Below, piece by piece: positions 37,822 through 46,400 of a DNA stretch of 64,000 nt. How positions within the stretch are numbered: position 1 is the stretch's first letter; each line of letters opens with the position of its first letter. The notes under the pieces are model-generated. The model was not told the DNA's origin. It was given only the letters and a program-made list of their open reading frames with translations, and made no database searches. Source of the DNA: an uncultured delta proteobacterium (GTDB lineage: Bacteria; Myxococcota_A; Polyangia; Palsa-1104); the NCBI GenBank assembly GCA_963785725.1, contig CAWAWS010000039.1, positions 704,001-768,000 of the forward strand. Direction: 5' to 3'. Made by a program: the position numbers and the translations under genes.

Positions 37822-38805
37822 CTAAGGAATGCCGTTCGCGCCTCCAAAGCTTTCATGCTCGGAAGCGCGGACGACTGCGCGTGCCAGTGCGGCAAAATGC
37901 CCACCCGGAAAGCGCGTCAAATAAGCGGCGGCGAAGCGAGCGGCGCCAGCGTCGTCGGCGAGCCCATGCGCGGCTTCGATGCGCAGCGCGAGGGCCTCTT
38001 CGGTCAGCGGACCCAAAGCGTGCGCGGCCAGATAGCGGTCGAGGCGCGCCGCCGCCGCCGCATCGTCGTGGTCGCGGCGCAAGAGCACGAAGGCCTCGGC
38101 GACGAGCGTCGACTCTTGCGCCGGCTGCGGCGCGGCAGGGCTGGCGGCCGGCACCTTCGCCGGGTCCGCCGACGCGCGGCCAGCGCCCGTCGCACGCGCG
38201 GCTCGCGGCGCACGCGGCAACGACGGTGCAGTTGTCGCACGCGCAGCGGATGACGTGGTCGATGACGACGTCGCGGTCGCGATCGACGACGGAAGCGCAG
38301 GCGATGACGCGTCTGCAGTCGCTCTCGCGATCGATGGCGGCGTCGTGTTCGCCTGCGCGGTCGATGACGGAATCGCCATCGCGACGGACGACTGCGCCGG
38401 CGCGGGCGGCGACGGAGCCGTCGCGGCGGACGACGGCGCCGCCGTCGTGAGCGATGAGGTCGTCGCGTCCGCCGTGGTCGCGGCGACTGCCGCCCGCCCA
38501 TCGCGCCCGTGGGCGCGTCGTGGCGACAGCGAGCCGAGGGCGCGCTGCAGCGTCGCCGTCAAGCGCGCGCCCACGACATGCCCGAGACGCGCGCGCGCCA
38601 CGCCGGACAGACACAGCAGGATCACGGCGGCGATGGCCCACGGTCGCAGGACCAGCCGCCCTTCGCGCCGCGCGCGTCGCACCGCCGCCAGCACGCGCGC
38701 CCGCGAGTCGACGGACGGCCGGCGCGCCGGGACGGCGGCGAGCAGGCGCGCCGCGGCCGCGACCTGCGGATCGGAATCGTCGAGCACTTCGCGCAACCGC
38801 TTCAT
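37822..38805 (-). CDS. Putative anti-sigma-like membrane protein with C-terminal TPR
   Basis: Single TM, Ser/Thr/Ala linker and EEALALRIEA...YLTRFPGG; overlaps the ECF stop. Confidence 0.7.
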   Translation of the reverse strand: MKRLREVLDDSDPQVAAAARLLAAVPARRPSVDSRARVLAAVRRARREGRLVLRPWAIAAVILLCLSGVARARLGHVVGARLTATLQRALGSLSPRRAHGRDGRAAVAATTADATTSSLTTAAPSSAATAPSPPAPAQSSVAMAIPSSTAQANTTPPSIARATADASSPALPSSIATATSSSTTSSAARATTAPSLPRAPRAARATGAGRASADPAKVPAASPAAPQPAQESTLVAEAFVLLRRDHDDAAAAARLDRYLAAHALGPLTEEALALRIEAAHGLADDAGAARFAAAYLTRFPGGHFAALARAVVRASEHESFGGANGIP

Positions 38806-39377
38806 CGGCGCTGCTCCTCGTCGGCGAGAAGACTGACCAAGCGCACGAAGTCTTTGCGCGCGTGGTGCAGCCGCGTCCAGATCGTGTTGAGCTGCGTATT
38901 CTCCAGCGCCGCGATCTCCTCACCGGTATAGCCTTCGATTTCGAAGAGGACGAACACCCGCCGCCGCTTGTCGCTCATGCTGCCGAGCGCGCGGGCAACG
39001 GTCTGCTGGCGCTCCTTTTGCTCGAGCAGCAGCGCCGGCGTCGGCGGAGACGGGCCGCTCGGCTGGGCCTCGACGCGACGAACGAAGAGCCGCTTGACCC
39101 ACGATCGGCGCCGCTGGCGCGCGGCCAAGTGCCGCGCGATGCCGTAGATCCAGCCGGCCAAGTTGCGGCCGTCGAAGCGATCGAGCTTGCGGTCGACGAT
39201 GACGAAGATCTCCTGCGTCACGTCGTCGATATCGGCCTCGGCGACGCCCATGGCGGCGAGCCAGCGCTGCACGTCGTGGAACCAGCGCTCGTAGATGGCG
39301 GAAAAATCGCGGGCGCTCGGCTGCACGCGTGGCACGGTCGCCAACGAGCGCTCGAATGACCGCAGAGCTGGGCGCAT
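38802..39377 (-). CDS. ECF RNA polymerase sigma factor
   Basis: DDVTQEIF, WIYGIA and VFVLFEIEG...EIA...TIWTRLHHAR. Confidence 0.9.
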   Translation of the reverse strand: MRPALRSFERSLATVPRVQPSARDFSAIYERWFHDVQRWLAAMGVAEADIDDVTQEIFVIVDRKLDRFDGRNLAGWIYGIARHLAARQRRRSWVKRLFVRRVEAQPSGPSPPTPALLLEQKERQQTVARALGSMSDKRRRVFVLFEIEGYTGEEIAALENTQLNTIWTRLHHARKDFVRLVSLLADEEQRR

Positions 39378-39718
39378 ACCATTCAATGCCTTGTTCGACG
39401 GCAAAGCTTCTATCGCCGACGAAAATACTATCACGGCCGCCGCGCCGGCTCCGATGTGCCGCCGGCGTGCGCGAAGCGCGCGCCGTCATTGACGGTTCCG
39501 CGCGCTGCCTCCGCGACGAGACAGTGTCTTCGTCACATCCCGCCTCGGACAATCGGGCTAATCTGCGCTAAATTCGGCTCCCCAAAATGGCGCCAAGCGG
39601 GCTCGATCCTGACTGCGGAGCAATGACTCGATATGTTCAGCCGTCGACAGTCAGACGTTGCCTTGATCTTTAACGCGCGCACGCCGCCGACGGTCGCCAA
39701 AGCATCCGGCCTAGCGTC

Positions 39719-41017
39719 ATGAAGCCACTCGCTGCTTCGCCAGTCGCCGATAGGCGAGCCCACTATTCGCTCGCGCAACGGGTCACGCTGCAGGTCTATC
39801 GCGTCGTCGCCCTGTCATTGGGAATCTGGCTACTCCTCGGACCGCTGCCGTCGATCGCACAAAAGCTTCCCGCGGCCGCGGCCGATGGTGGCGTCGGCTG
39901 GTATGCCGCGCGACAGCTGAAAGCCGGCCACGATCCCTGCGACCCGGTCGAGCTGCAAAAGGCCGGGATTACCGGGCTCGGCCAGCCACCGACGGTCGCC
40001 ATCTGGTTTCTGCCGTTCGCCTCGCTCACCGCCGAGCAGATGGGAACGGACCTCAGGCTGCTCGCCATCTTCGCGCTGATTGCTCATTTGACAGTGCTGG
40101 CATTCGAGCTCGGCGCGATCACGCCCATTGCATTGACGGTTCTCACGTTCGGCTTTTTATTCTCGCGGCAATTCTTCCTCTATCACCTCGACGTCGGTCA
40201 GATATCCGAGCTCATCGCCTGTTGGATCGTGGCGACCTGGCTCTTCTTGCGTCGCGATGAAGATATCGCGGCCGGCGTCTGCCTCGGCTTGGCCTGCACG
40301 ATGAAGCTCTATCCCGCCGTGATCGCGCTCTTCTTCATCGCGAGCGGACGATGGCGCGCGCTCGCCGCCAGTGTCGTCACTTACGCAGCCGTGATCTTGG
40401 CGGTCACCGTGCGCTGGGGATGGCGCTTATGGCCGCGCTTCATCGCCTCGGATAAGGACCTCGTCAACTTCTGGGTCTCGAGCGTCCACAATGGAAGTCT
40501 TTACGGAATACTGACGAGAGCATTGCAGCCACTCGGCGGGAGACAGCCGCCGAGCCACACTGCAACTGCCTTGTTCCTCGTCATTGCGTCATTACTCATC
40601 GCCTTCTTCTTCGTCTTTTCGCGCAGGACCGCCCGCGATCGCGACGACTGGGAGATCTCATTCGCGTTCGTGGCCGTCCTCGGCCCTTTTCTGCACCCGG
40701 TGGCGTGGGAGCACTACGCTGTCCTTTGGATCTTGCCGATCGGAATTGCAATCACGCGAATGGGTCGAATGGCTCGATGGCGCAATAGGCTCGTGACCGG
40801 CTTCGTCCTGTTCTTGGCCTGTTACGCGATGTCGCTGCCAATGCACTATCGATCGCTGTTCATGCGGAGCTGGGTGCTGAGCCCAATGAATCGTTTCGGG
40901 CTGCGCTTCTATGATGTCGCTAATTGGCTTCCGGCCGTCTTGTTGCTGGCCCTATTCGCGGTGCTCCTGGTAAGCAGTGACAAGAGCTGGTGTAGAAGGA
41001 CGCGCTCGCTCGCATGA
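39719..41017 (+). CDS. Glycosyltransferase family 87 (DUF2029) membrane protein
   Basis: PPTVA...PF, GQISEL, KLYPA and WEHY; multiple TMs. Confidence 0.8.
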   Translation: MKPLAASPVADRRAHYSLAQRVTLQVYRVVALSLGIWLLLGPLPSIAQKLPAAAADGGVGWYAARQLKAGHDPCDPVELQKAGITGLGQPPTVAIWFLPFASLTAEQMGTDLRLLAIFALIAHLTVLAFELGAITPIALTVLTFGFLFSRQFFLYHLDVGQISELIACWIVATWLFLRRDEDIAAGVCLGLACTMKLYPAVIALFFIASGRWRALAASVVTYAAVILAVTVRWGWRLWPRFIASDKDLVNFWVSSVHNGSLYGILTRALQPLGGRQPPSHTATALFLVIASLLIAFFFVFSRRTARDRDDWEISFAFVAVLGPFLHPVAWEHYAVLWILPIGIAITRMGRMARWRNRLVTGFVLFLACYAMSLPMHYRSLFMRSWVLSPMNRFGLRFYDVANWLPAVLLLALFAVLLVSSDKSWCRRTRSLA

Positions 41018-41072
41018 AGCCGCTCGGCGAGCAATACGGCACGTCCAAATAGACGTTGCGGGACGTCGTCGG

Positions 41073-42449
41073 CTAGGCCACCGCGACCTGCCGCGCCTGC
41101 ACCGGCGCTTCACTCGGCCGCGACTCCGCCGCGCCTGCACCGGCCAAGCCGGCCACGCGCCACGCGACCGCGAGCCAGACGACGCTGAGCAGCGTGTTGA
41201 CCACCGTGAGCGCGCCCGCGCCCAGGTGCAACACGCCGACGCCGCCCGCGACCACCGCCGTCGCCAGCACGTCGCCGGTGCGCACGACGAACGTGTCCAT
41301 CGCCTGCTTGGCGCGATATTTCTCCTCGCGCGTCGTCGGCAGCCACAGCATCGCGCGGCCGGTGTTCATGACCGAGTAGTCGCCGGCGTTCTCCGCCGTC
41401 TTGAGCCAGCGCACGACGCTGAAGCCGACGCCGAGCATCATCGTGCCGTAGACGCCGAACGCCACCAGCGGCAGGAACAGGAGCACGCCGCGCATGCCGA
41501 AGCGCTTGGCCAGCCGCGACACGATCAACGCCTGCATCAGCGCAGCGACGACGTTGACCCAAAAGAAGAAGTCGCCGTAGAAGTGGCCGATGAACGCCGA
41601 GGCGCTCGTCGCGTGGCCGGCGGCGACGGCGACGGCGGCCGCGCGCACGACGTTCTTGCTGAGGATGTACTCGCCGACGGTGTTGACGATGTTGAGCAGC
41701 ACGAGCAGGAGCGCGACCAAGCGTAGATAGCGGCTGCGCGCGATGAGCTGGAAGCCGCCGGCGCCGTTTGCCAGCGGCGCTTCGTCGTCGCGCTTGGCGG
41801 CGCTCGCCGTCGCCGGCACGCGGCTGAGCGCGAGTACGCTGGCGCCATGCACGACCAAGAGCAGCGACGCCAGCTGCATCATCATCGCCGGCGAGACGCC
41901 GCGCGCGAACAGCGCTTCGGCGATGGCCGCGCCCACCGGGCTGCCGAGCGTCGCGCCGAAGGCGACGATGGGGAACAGCCGCTCGCCGGCGTCGCGCGCG
42001 TACAGATCGTTGGCCAGCGACCAAAACTGCGCGATGACCGACAGGCTGAAGATGCCGACCCAGACGAAGAAGGCGATGCCGACGTAGTGGACGCCAAAGT
42101 GCAGCGCCAGCGAGAACAGCTGCAAGTTGACGAAGAAGAAGCCGGTCAAGCCGAGGATCAAGCCACGCCGGCCGACCTGCTTGGTCAGCCAGCCGTACGC
42201 GGGCACGAAGCCGATGAGCAAGAGCGCCTGCAAACCGGCGGCGTAGCTCTTGACCTCGGCGCCGCCCGACGTGAGCACGAGCGGCTCGCGCACGGTCTTC
42301 AAGAGGTAATAAGCGACCATCAGCGTCAACAGGCTCACCATCATGCTGACGACGCGTGCCCCTTCGCCGGCGCGCACCTCGCTGAAGAGCCGCAGCGTTC
42401 GGTCGAGCATCGTTCCCGGCATGGCTCGCGTCTCGATTTCGGTCTTCAT
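41073..42449 (-). CDS. Npt1/Npt2-type (AAA/TLC family) nucleotide translocase-like MFS transporter
   Basis: YYLLKTVRE, FFVWVGIFSL, QFWSLANDLY..GERLFP and EKYRAK..DTF..R.GD; about 12 TMs. Confidence 0.8.
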   Translation of the reverse strand: MKTEIETRAMPGTMLDRTLRLFSEVRAGEGARVVSMMVSLLTLMVAYYLLKTVREPLVLTSGGAEVKSYAAGLQALLLIGFVPAYGWLTKQVGRRGLILGLTGFFFVNLQLFSLALHFGVHYVGIAFFVWVGIFSLSVIAQFWSLANDLYARDAGERLFPIVAFGATLGSPVGAAIAEALFARGVSPAMMMQLASLLLVVHGASVLALSRVPATASAAKRDDEAPLANGAGGFQLIARSRYLRLVALLLVLLNIVNTVGEYILSKNVVRAAAVAVAAGHATSASAFIGHFYGDFFFWVNVVAALMQALIVSRLAKRFGMRGVLLFLPLVAFGVYGTMMLGVGFSVVRWLKTAENAGDYSVMNTGRAMLWLPTTREEKYRAKQAMDTFVVRTGDVLATAVVAGGVGVLHLGAGALTVVNTLLSVVWLAVAWRVAGLAGAGAAESRPSEAPVQARQVAVA

Positions 42450-42461
42450 GACGATCGCTCC

Positions 42462-43169
42462 TTAGAACGTGACGGCCAGCGACGTCGCGCTGACGTGGAC
42501 GGCGGGTGTGGTGGCGGCGAGCTGCCGCGCCGGCTGCGCGGCGGCGCCGAGCGCGCCGAAGCGGCGGCGGTATTCACGCAGGTCGCTCTTGGCCTGCCAC
42601 GGCTGCGTCCAAATCTGCAGCTCACCGACGGCGACCGCGATGCCGGTCGACTGCGCGGCGCGCTTCCAGTCGCCGGCGATCCAGATCGCCGCGCCGCCGA
42701 CCAGGTTCATGAGCAGCGAGAAGACGTGCGGCTGCCAGGCGTAGCGGAGGTTGGCTTCGTCGGCGTTGCGGCGCAGCAGCGTCTCGGCCAGGTCGAGGCG
42801 CGCCAAGCTGCCGTCGGCTTCGCCGGCGCGGTCGAGCTCGTGCGCGCCGCGTGACGCCTTCAGCGGAAACAGGCCCATCGTGATGCCGCCGATGAGCGAC
42901 TTGCCGATGCCGACGGCGGCCTCGGTGTCGGCGGCCTTGGTGCGCGCGTGCGCCAGCTGATAGCTGCCGTAGCCGAGCCCGCCGACGTAGACGATCGACC
43001 AGCCCGCTTCCCAGGTGCGCGCTTGCACGGCTTCGGCTTTGAGCCGCGCGGCGATGAAGCGCAGCCGTTCGTCGACGTGCAGGTCGTCCGCGGTCGCGGC
43101 TTCGTCTTGCGCCAACGCCGGCGCCGGCAGCGCCAACAAGAGCGACAGCGTGAGCAGGAGCCGTTTCAC
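42462..43169 (-). CDS. Hypothetical exported/membrane protein
   Basis: GTG start overlapping the Omp85 stop; signal peptide; C-terminal SLAVTF. Confidence 0.7.
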   Translation of the reverse strand: MKRLLLTLSLLLALPAPALAQDEAATADDLHVDERLRFIAARLKAEAVQARTWEAGWSIVYVGGLGYGSYQLAHARTKAADTEAAVGIGKSLIGGITMGLFPLKASRGAHELDRAGEADGSLARLDLAETLLRRNADEANLRYAWQPHVFSLLMNLVGGAAIWIAGDWKRAAQSTGIAVAVGELQIWTQPWQAKSDLREYRRRFGALGAAAQPARQLAATTPAVHVSATSLAVTF

Positions 43170-44551
43170 GACGGGTTCCCGTTGCCGGCGAAGACGAGCC
43201 GCACGCCGCCGCCGCCCGTGGCGCCGAAGCCGTAAGCGAACTGGATGCGCATCGTGTACTTGTTGGCCGAGTGCATGCGGAAGCCGAAGCCGACGTCGGG
43301 CTTCAAGTCGTGCACGGTGAAGTCGGCGAACTGCGGCTTGAAGACGCCGCCGTAATCGGCGAAGAGCGAGCCGTCCATCCACATCCAGATCGGCCAGCGG
43401 TACTCGATGGTACCAAGCAGCGACGAGTCGTCGCGGAAGCGGGCGCGCCGAAAGCCGCGCAGGTCGTCGATGCCGCCCAGCTGCACCAGCTCCGAGAACG
43501 GGATGGTCGAGCCGCCGAGCGCGATCTCGTCCTCGGCGGAGATGCCGATGTAGAGGCTGCGATGGCGGAAGAGCTCGAACGAGCGGCCGATGTGACCGTG
43601 CAGGCGCAAGTAGCTCGAGTCGTCGCTGCCGATGCCGTGCGTGTAGTCGACGCGCGCGCCCACGAGCAGTCCCGATGACAGCTCGTCGGCGCGGCTGTCG
43701 ACGTTGATGGCGACGTGCTCGCGCACGAATTGCGTGCCGCTCGAGAAGCCGGGCACGAGCCAATCGTCGACCACGCCGACGCAGTGGCCAGCGGCGCGCA
43801 AGCAGTAGACCGAGCCGATCGACTGATCGCCGTCGTATTCGCTGCCGTTGTTGTAGCGCACGAAGTCGACGGCGACGCCGGCTTCGATCTGCAGCGCCTT
43901 GACCGGCTTCCACGTCAGCGCGACGTCCGAGTCGACGCGATCGAAGCCGTAGCGGCTGAAGGGCAGCGGCACGTGCATGCCGATGCCGGTGTAGAGCTCG
44001 TCGTTGCGGCGCAGGTAGTCGGCGTGCACGGTCAGCTGCAGCTGATGCGGCAGCGGGCGCGACAGGCGGGCGTCGTTGGCGAGCACGTGCGGGCCGCCGA
44101 ACGCCGACGACAGCTGCGAGCGCATGCCCGCCGGCAGCCGATTGTCGAACAGGAGGAGCCCGAAGGACGGCGTGAACGACGCCTCATAATTGACGACGGG
44201 ACGAACGCCGATGAGCCCGTCATCCGAGGTCAGCGCCGCCGTGATGTGCTGCTGCACGTGATCGCGCTCGTTCCACTCCATCGCCGGCTTCGCCACCGCG
44301 CCCAGGCCGGCGATGAACAGCCTGGGCGGCGTCAACAGCGCGCGCGCGAGGGCGCGGCCCGGCTGTTTGCGCGGCGGCTGCGCCGGACGGCCGTCATAGC
44401 GCTCGCCGTGCAGGACGTCGGGCGCGGTCGGCGCGCTGGCCGCGTTGGGCGCGCCCGGTTCGGTCGACGCGTCGGGCGCACCGGGAGCGTCCGACTCGGT
44501 CGCCTGAGCGACTAACGGGAGCAGCCACACGGCCAGGATTGCGATACGCAT
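43166..44551 (-). CDS. Omp85/BamA-TamA family beta-barrel protein lacking obvious POTRA domains
   Basis: LGG..DLRGF..ARF, IEYRWPI, LFADYG and DVGFGFR. Confidence 0.85.
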   Translation of the reverse strand: MRIAILAVWLLPLVAQATESDAPGAPDASTEPGAPNAASAPTAPDVLHGERYDGRPAQPPRKQPGRALARALLTPPRLFIAGLGAVAKPAMEWNERDHVQQHITAALTSDDGLIGVRPVVNYEASFTPSFGLLLFDNRLPAGMRSQLSSAFGGPHVLANDARLSRPLPHQLQLTVHADYLRRNDELYTGIGMHVPLPFSRYGFDRVDSDVALTWKPVKALQIEAGVAVDFVRYNNGSEYDGDQSIGSVYCLRAAGHCVGVVDDWLVPGFSSGTQFVREHVAINVDSRADELSSGLLVGARVDYTHGIGSDDSSYLRLHGHIGRSFELFRHRSLYIGISAEDEIALGGSTIPFSELVQLGGIDDLRGFRRARFRDDSSLLGTIEYRWPIWMWMDGSLFADYGGVFKPQFADFTVHDLKPDVGFGFRMHSANKYTMRIQFAYGFGATGGGGVRLVFAGNGNPS

Positions 44552-44708
44552 GAAACCGCACTCAGCACCTTCCATGCCGTTCGCGAAAACGCAGCGATTT
44601 ACCGGCGATGCCGCTTTGACGAGGCTCGCCGGCGGCGCGTCTGCGCAATTCGCCGACGCTGCGCTGTCGGTTTTGTCGACAGGTGCGCTCGAAGTCCGCG
44701 TCCCGCCG

Positions 44709-44726
44709 TTGGCGCGCCCGCTGCAA
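44709..44726 (+). promoter_or_regulatory. Sigma54-like promoter
   Basis: TTGGCGCGCCCGCTGCAA (GG-N10-GC). Confidence 0.45.
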
Positions 44727-44739
44727 TGACCGCCCAACC

Positions 44740-46392
44740 ATGCGAGCTCGAACGCCGATCGTGATGGTCCTCATTGCCGGCTGCGCGACGACGACTCCGC
44801 CGGCGGACAGCGTCCGCTTCGTCGACCGCCCGATCTTGTGGCGCGATCCCGACGGGCAGCCGTCAGGCGTGCCGGCGCAGCACCAGGCCGGCATTCAATG
44901 GACGGGCATGCGCGACGCCGCCATCCTGCCGGCGGAGCGCGCCTTATCGCTCGATTACGGCGTGGAGTCGGTGAACGTCAACGCGCTCGACGAGGTGCCC
45001 GACTCCAATTGGTACGTCGATCGGCGGCGCGCCGGCTTGGAAGGCGAGGACCGCGTCCGCCCGCGCACCTTCAGCGCCGACGAGATGACGCGCGGCGACT
45101 TCGGCGACGATCCGGGCCCGCAATTGCCCATCACCATCATCAAAGGCAAGGCGATCGGCTCGACGCCCGGCCTCGTCGGCATCGACGCGCGCGGCAAGCG
45201 CTACATGTTGAAGCTCGATCCGCCGGGCTGGCTCGGCATGAACACGTCGACCGAGGTCGTGGCGACGCGGCTGGCGTGGGCGGCCGGCTGGCTGGTGCCG
45301 GCCGAGATGATCATCGACGTTCGGCCCGAGGACCTGCGCCTCGATCCCAAGGCGAAGACCAAGGACGAGTGGGATCACGACATCCCGCTGACGGCGGAGA
45401 TGCTGGCCAAGCTCATGGCGCGCACGCCGCGCGAGGCCGACGGCCGCGTGCGCATCTGCGCCAGCCGCTGGCTGGCCGGCCGCGCGCTCGGCTCGTGGGC
45501 CTATTACGGCAAGCGCAGCGACGACGCCAACGATCGCATCGCGCACGAGAACCGCCGCGACGTGCGCGGCTTCGGCGTGTTCGCCGCCTGGGTCAACGAC
45601 ATCGACACCATGGAGAACAACACCATGGACGCGTACATCGGCAAGGACGGCAGCGGCTACGTCGTCCATTATCAGCAGGACGTCGGCGGCTCGTTCGGCC
45701 AGTTCGCCGCCATTCCCCTCGAAGTGTGGATGGGCGACGAGACCTACTTCATGCCGGGCCGAATCTTCGAGTCCTTCTTGACGCTCGGCTTCATGCAGCG
45801 CCATTGGGAGGGCAGCGCGTTGGCGGCGCGGCGCGAGCAGCAGATGCGCGACTACCACGAGCTCGGCTACTTCGACGACGAGACCTTCGACGCGCGCTCG
45901 TGGCATCCGATCTTGGACAACCCGGCGTTCGTGCGGCAGACGGCGCGCGACCGCTATTGGGGCGCGAAGGTCGTGGCGGCGTTCACGCAAGAGGAGGTGC
46001 GCGCGGCGGTGGCGCTCGGCCATTACCAGCCGGCGACGGAGCAGCGGCTGTTCCAGATCTTGTGGACGCGGCGCGAGCGCATCTTGCGCGCCTTCTTCAG
46101 CGACGTGGCGCCGCTCGACTATTTCCGCTTTGCCGGCCACACGCTCTGCTACGACGATCTGTGGCTGCAGTCGGCGCTCGGTCAGCCGGAGGCGACGCGC
46201 TACTTCGTGGTCGAGAACGGCGCGCGGCGGACGATCGCCGGCGGCTGCATCGCCACCGACGCGCAGCCCGGCTACCACATCGTGCAGCTGGGCGCGCAGC
46301 GCGATGGCGTGAAGATCGAGCACGTGCCGACCGTGAAGGTGCACTTCGTGGCGACGGCAGACGGCGCGCACGTCATCGGCATCGAACGCTAA
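44740..46392 (+). CDS. Lipoprotein with atypical (HipA/PI3K-like) kinase motifs
   Basis: Lipobox LIAGC; GSTPG, YMLKLD, STEVVATRL, WVNDIDTMENN and QDVGGSFG. Confidence 0.7.
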   Translation: MRARTPIVMVLIAGCATTTPPADSVRFVDRPILWRDPDGQPSGVPAQHQAGIQWTGMRDAAILPAERALSLDYGVESVNVNALDEVPDSNWYVDRRRAGLEGEDRVRPRTFSADEMTRGDFGDDPGPQLPITIIKGKAIGSTPGLVGIDARGKRYMLKLDPPGWLGMNTSTEVVATRLAWAAGWLVPAEMIIDVRPEDLRLDPKAKTKDEWDHDIPLTAEMLAKLMARTPREADGRVRICASRWLAGRALGSWAYYGKRSDDANDRIAHENRRDVRGFGVFAAWVNDIDTMENNTMDAYIGKDGSGYVVHYQQDVGGSFGQFAAIPLEVWMGDETYFMPGRIFESFLTLGFMQRHWEGSALAARREQQMRDYHELGYFDDETFDARSWHPILDNPAFVRQTARDRYWGAKVVAAFTQEEVRAAVALGHYQPATEQRLFQILWTRRERILRAFFSDVAPLDYFRFAGHTLCYDDLWLQSALGQPEATRYFVVENGARRTIAGGCIATDAQPGYHIVQLGAQRDGVKIEHVPTVKVHFVATADGAHVIGIER

Positions 46393-46400
46393 ATGTAACG

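Noticed and set aside
38220..38480. Recurrent GTCGATGACG-like motifs
   Set aside because: They encode the Ser/Thr/Ala linker of the anti-sigma-like protein, with no regular spacing
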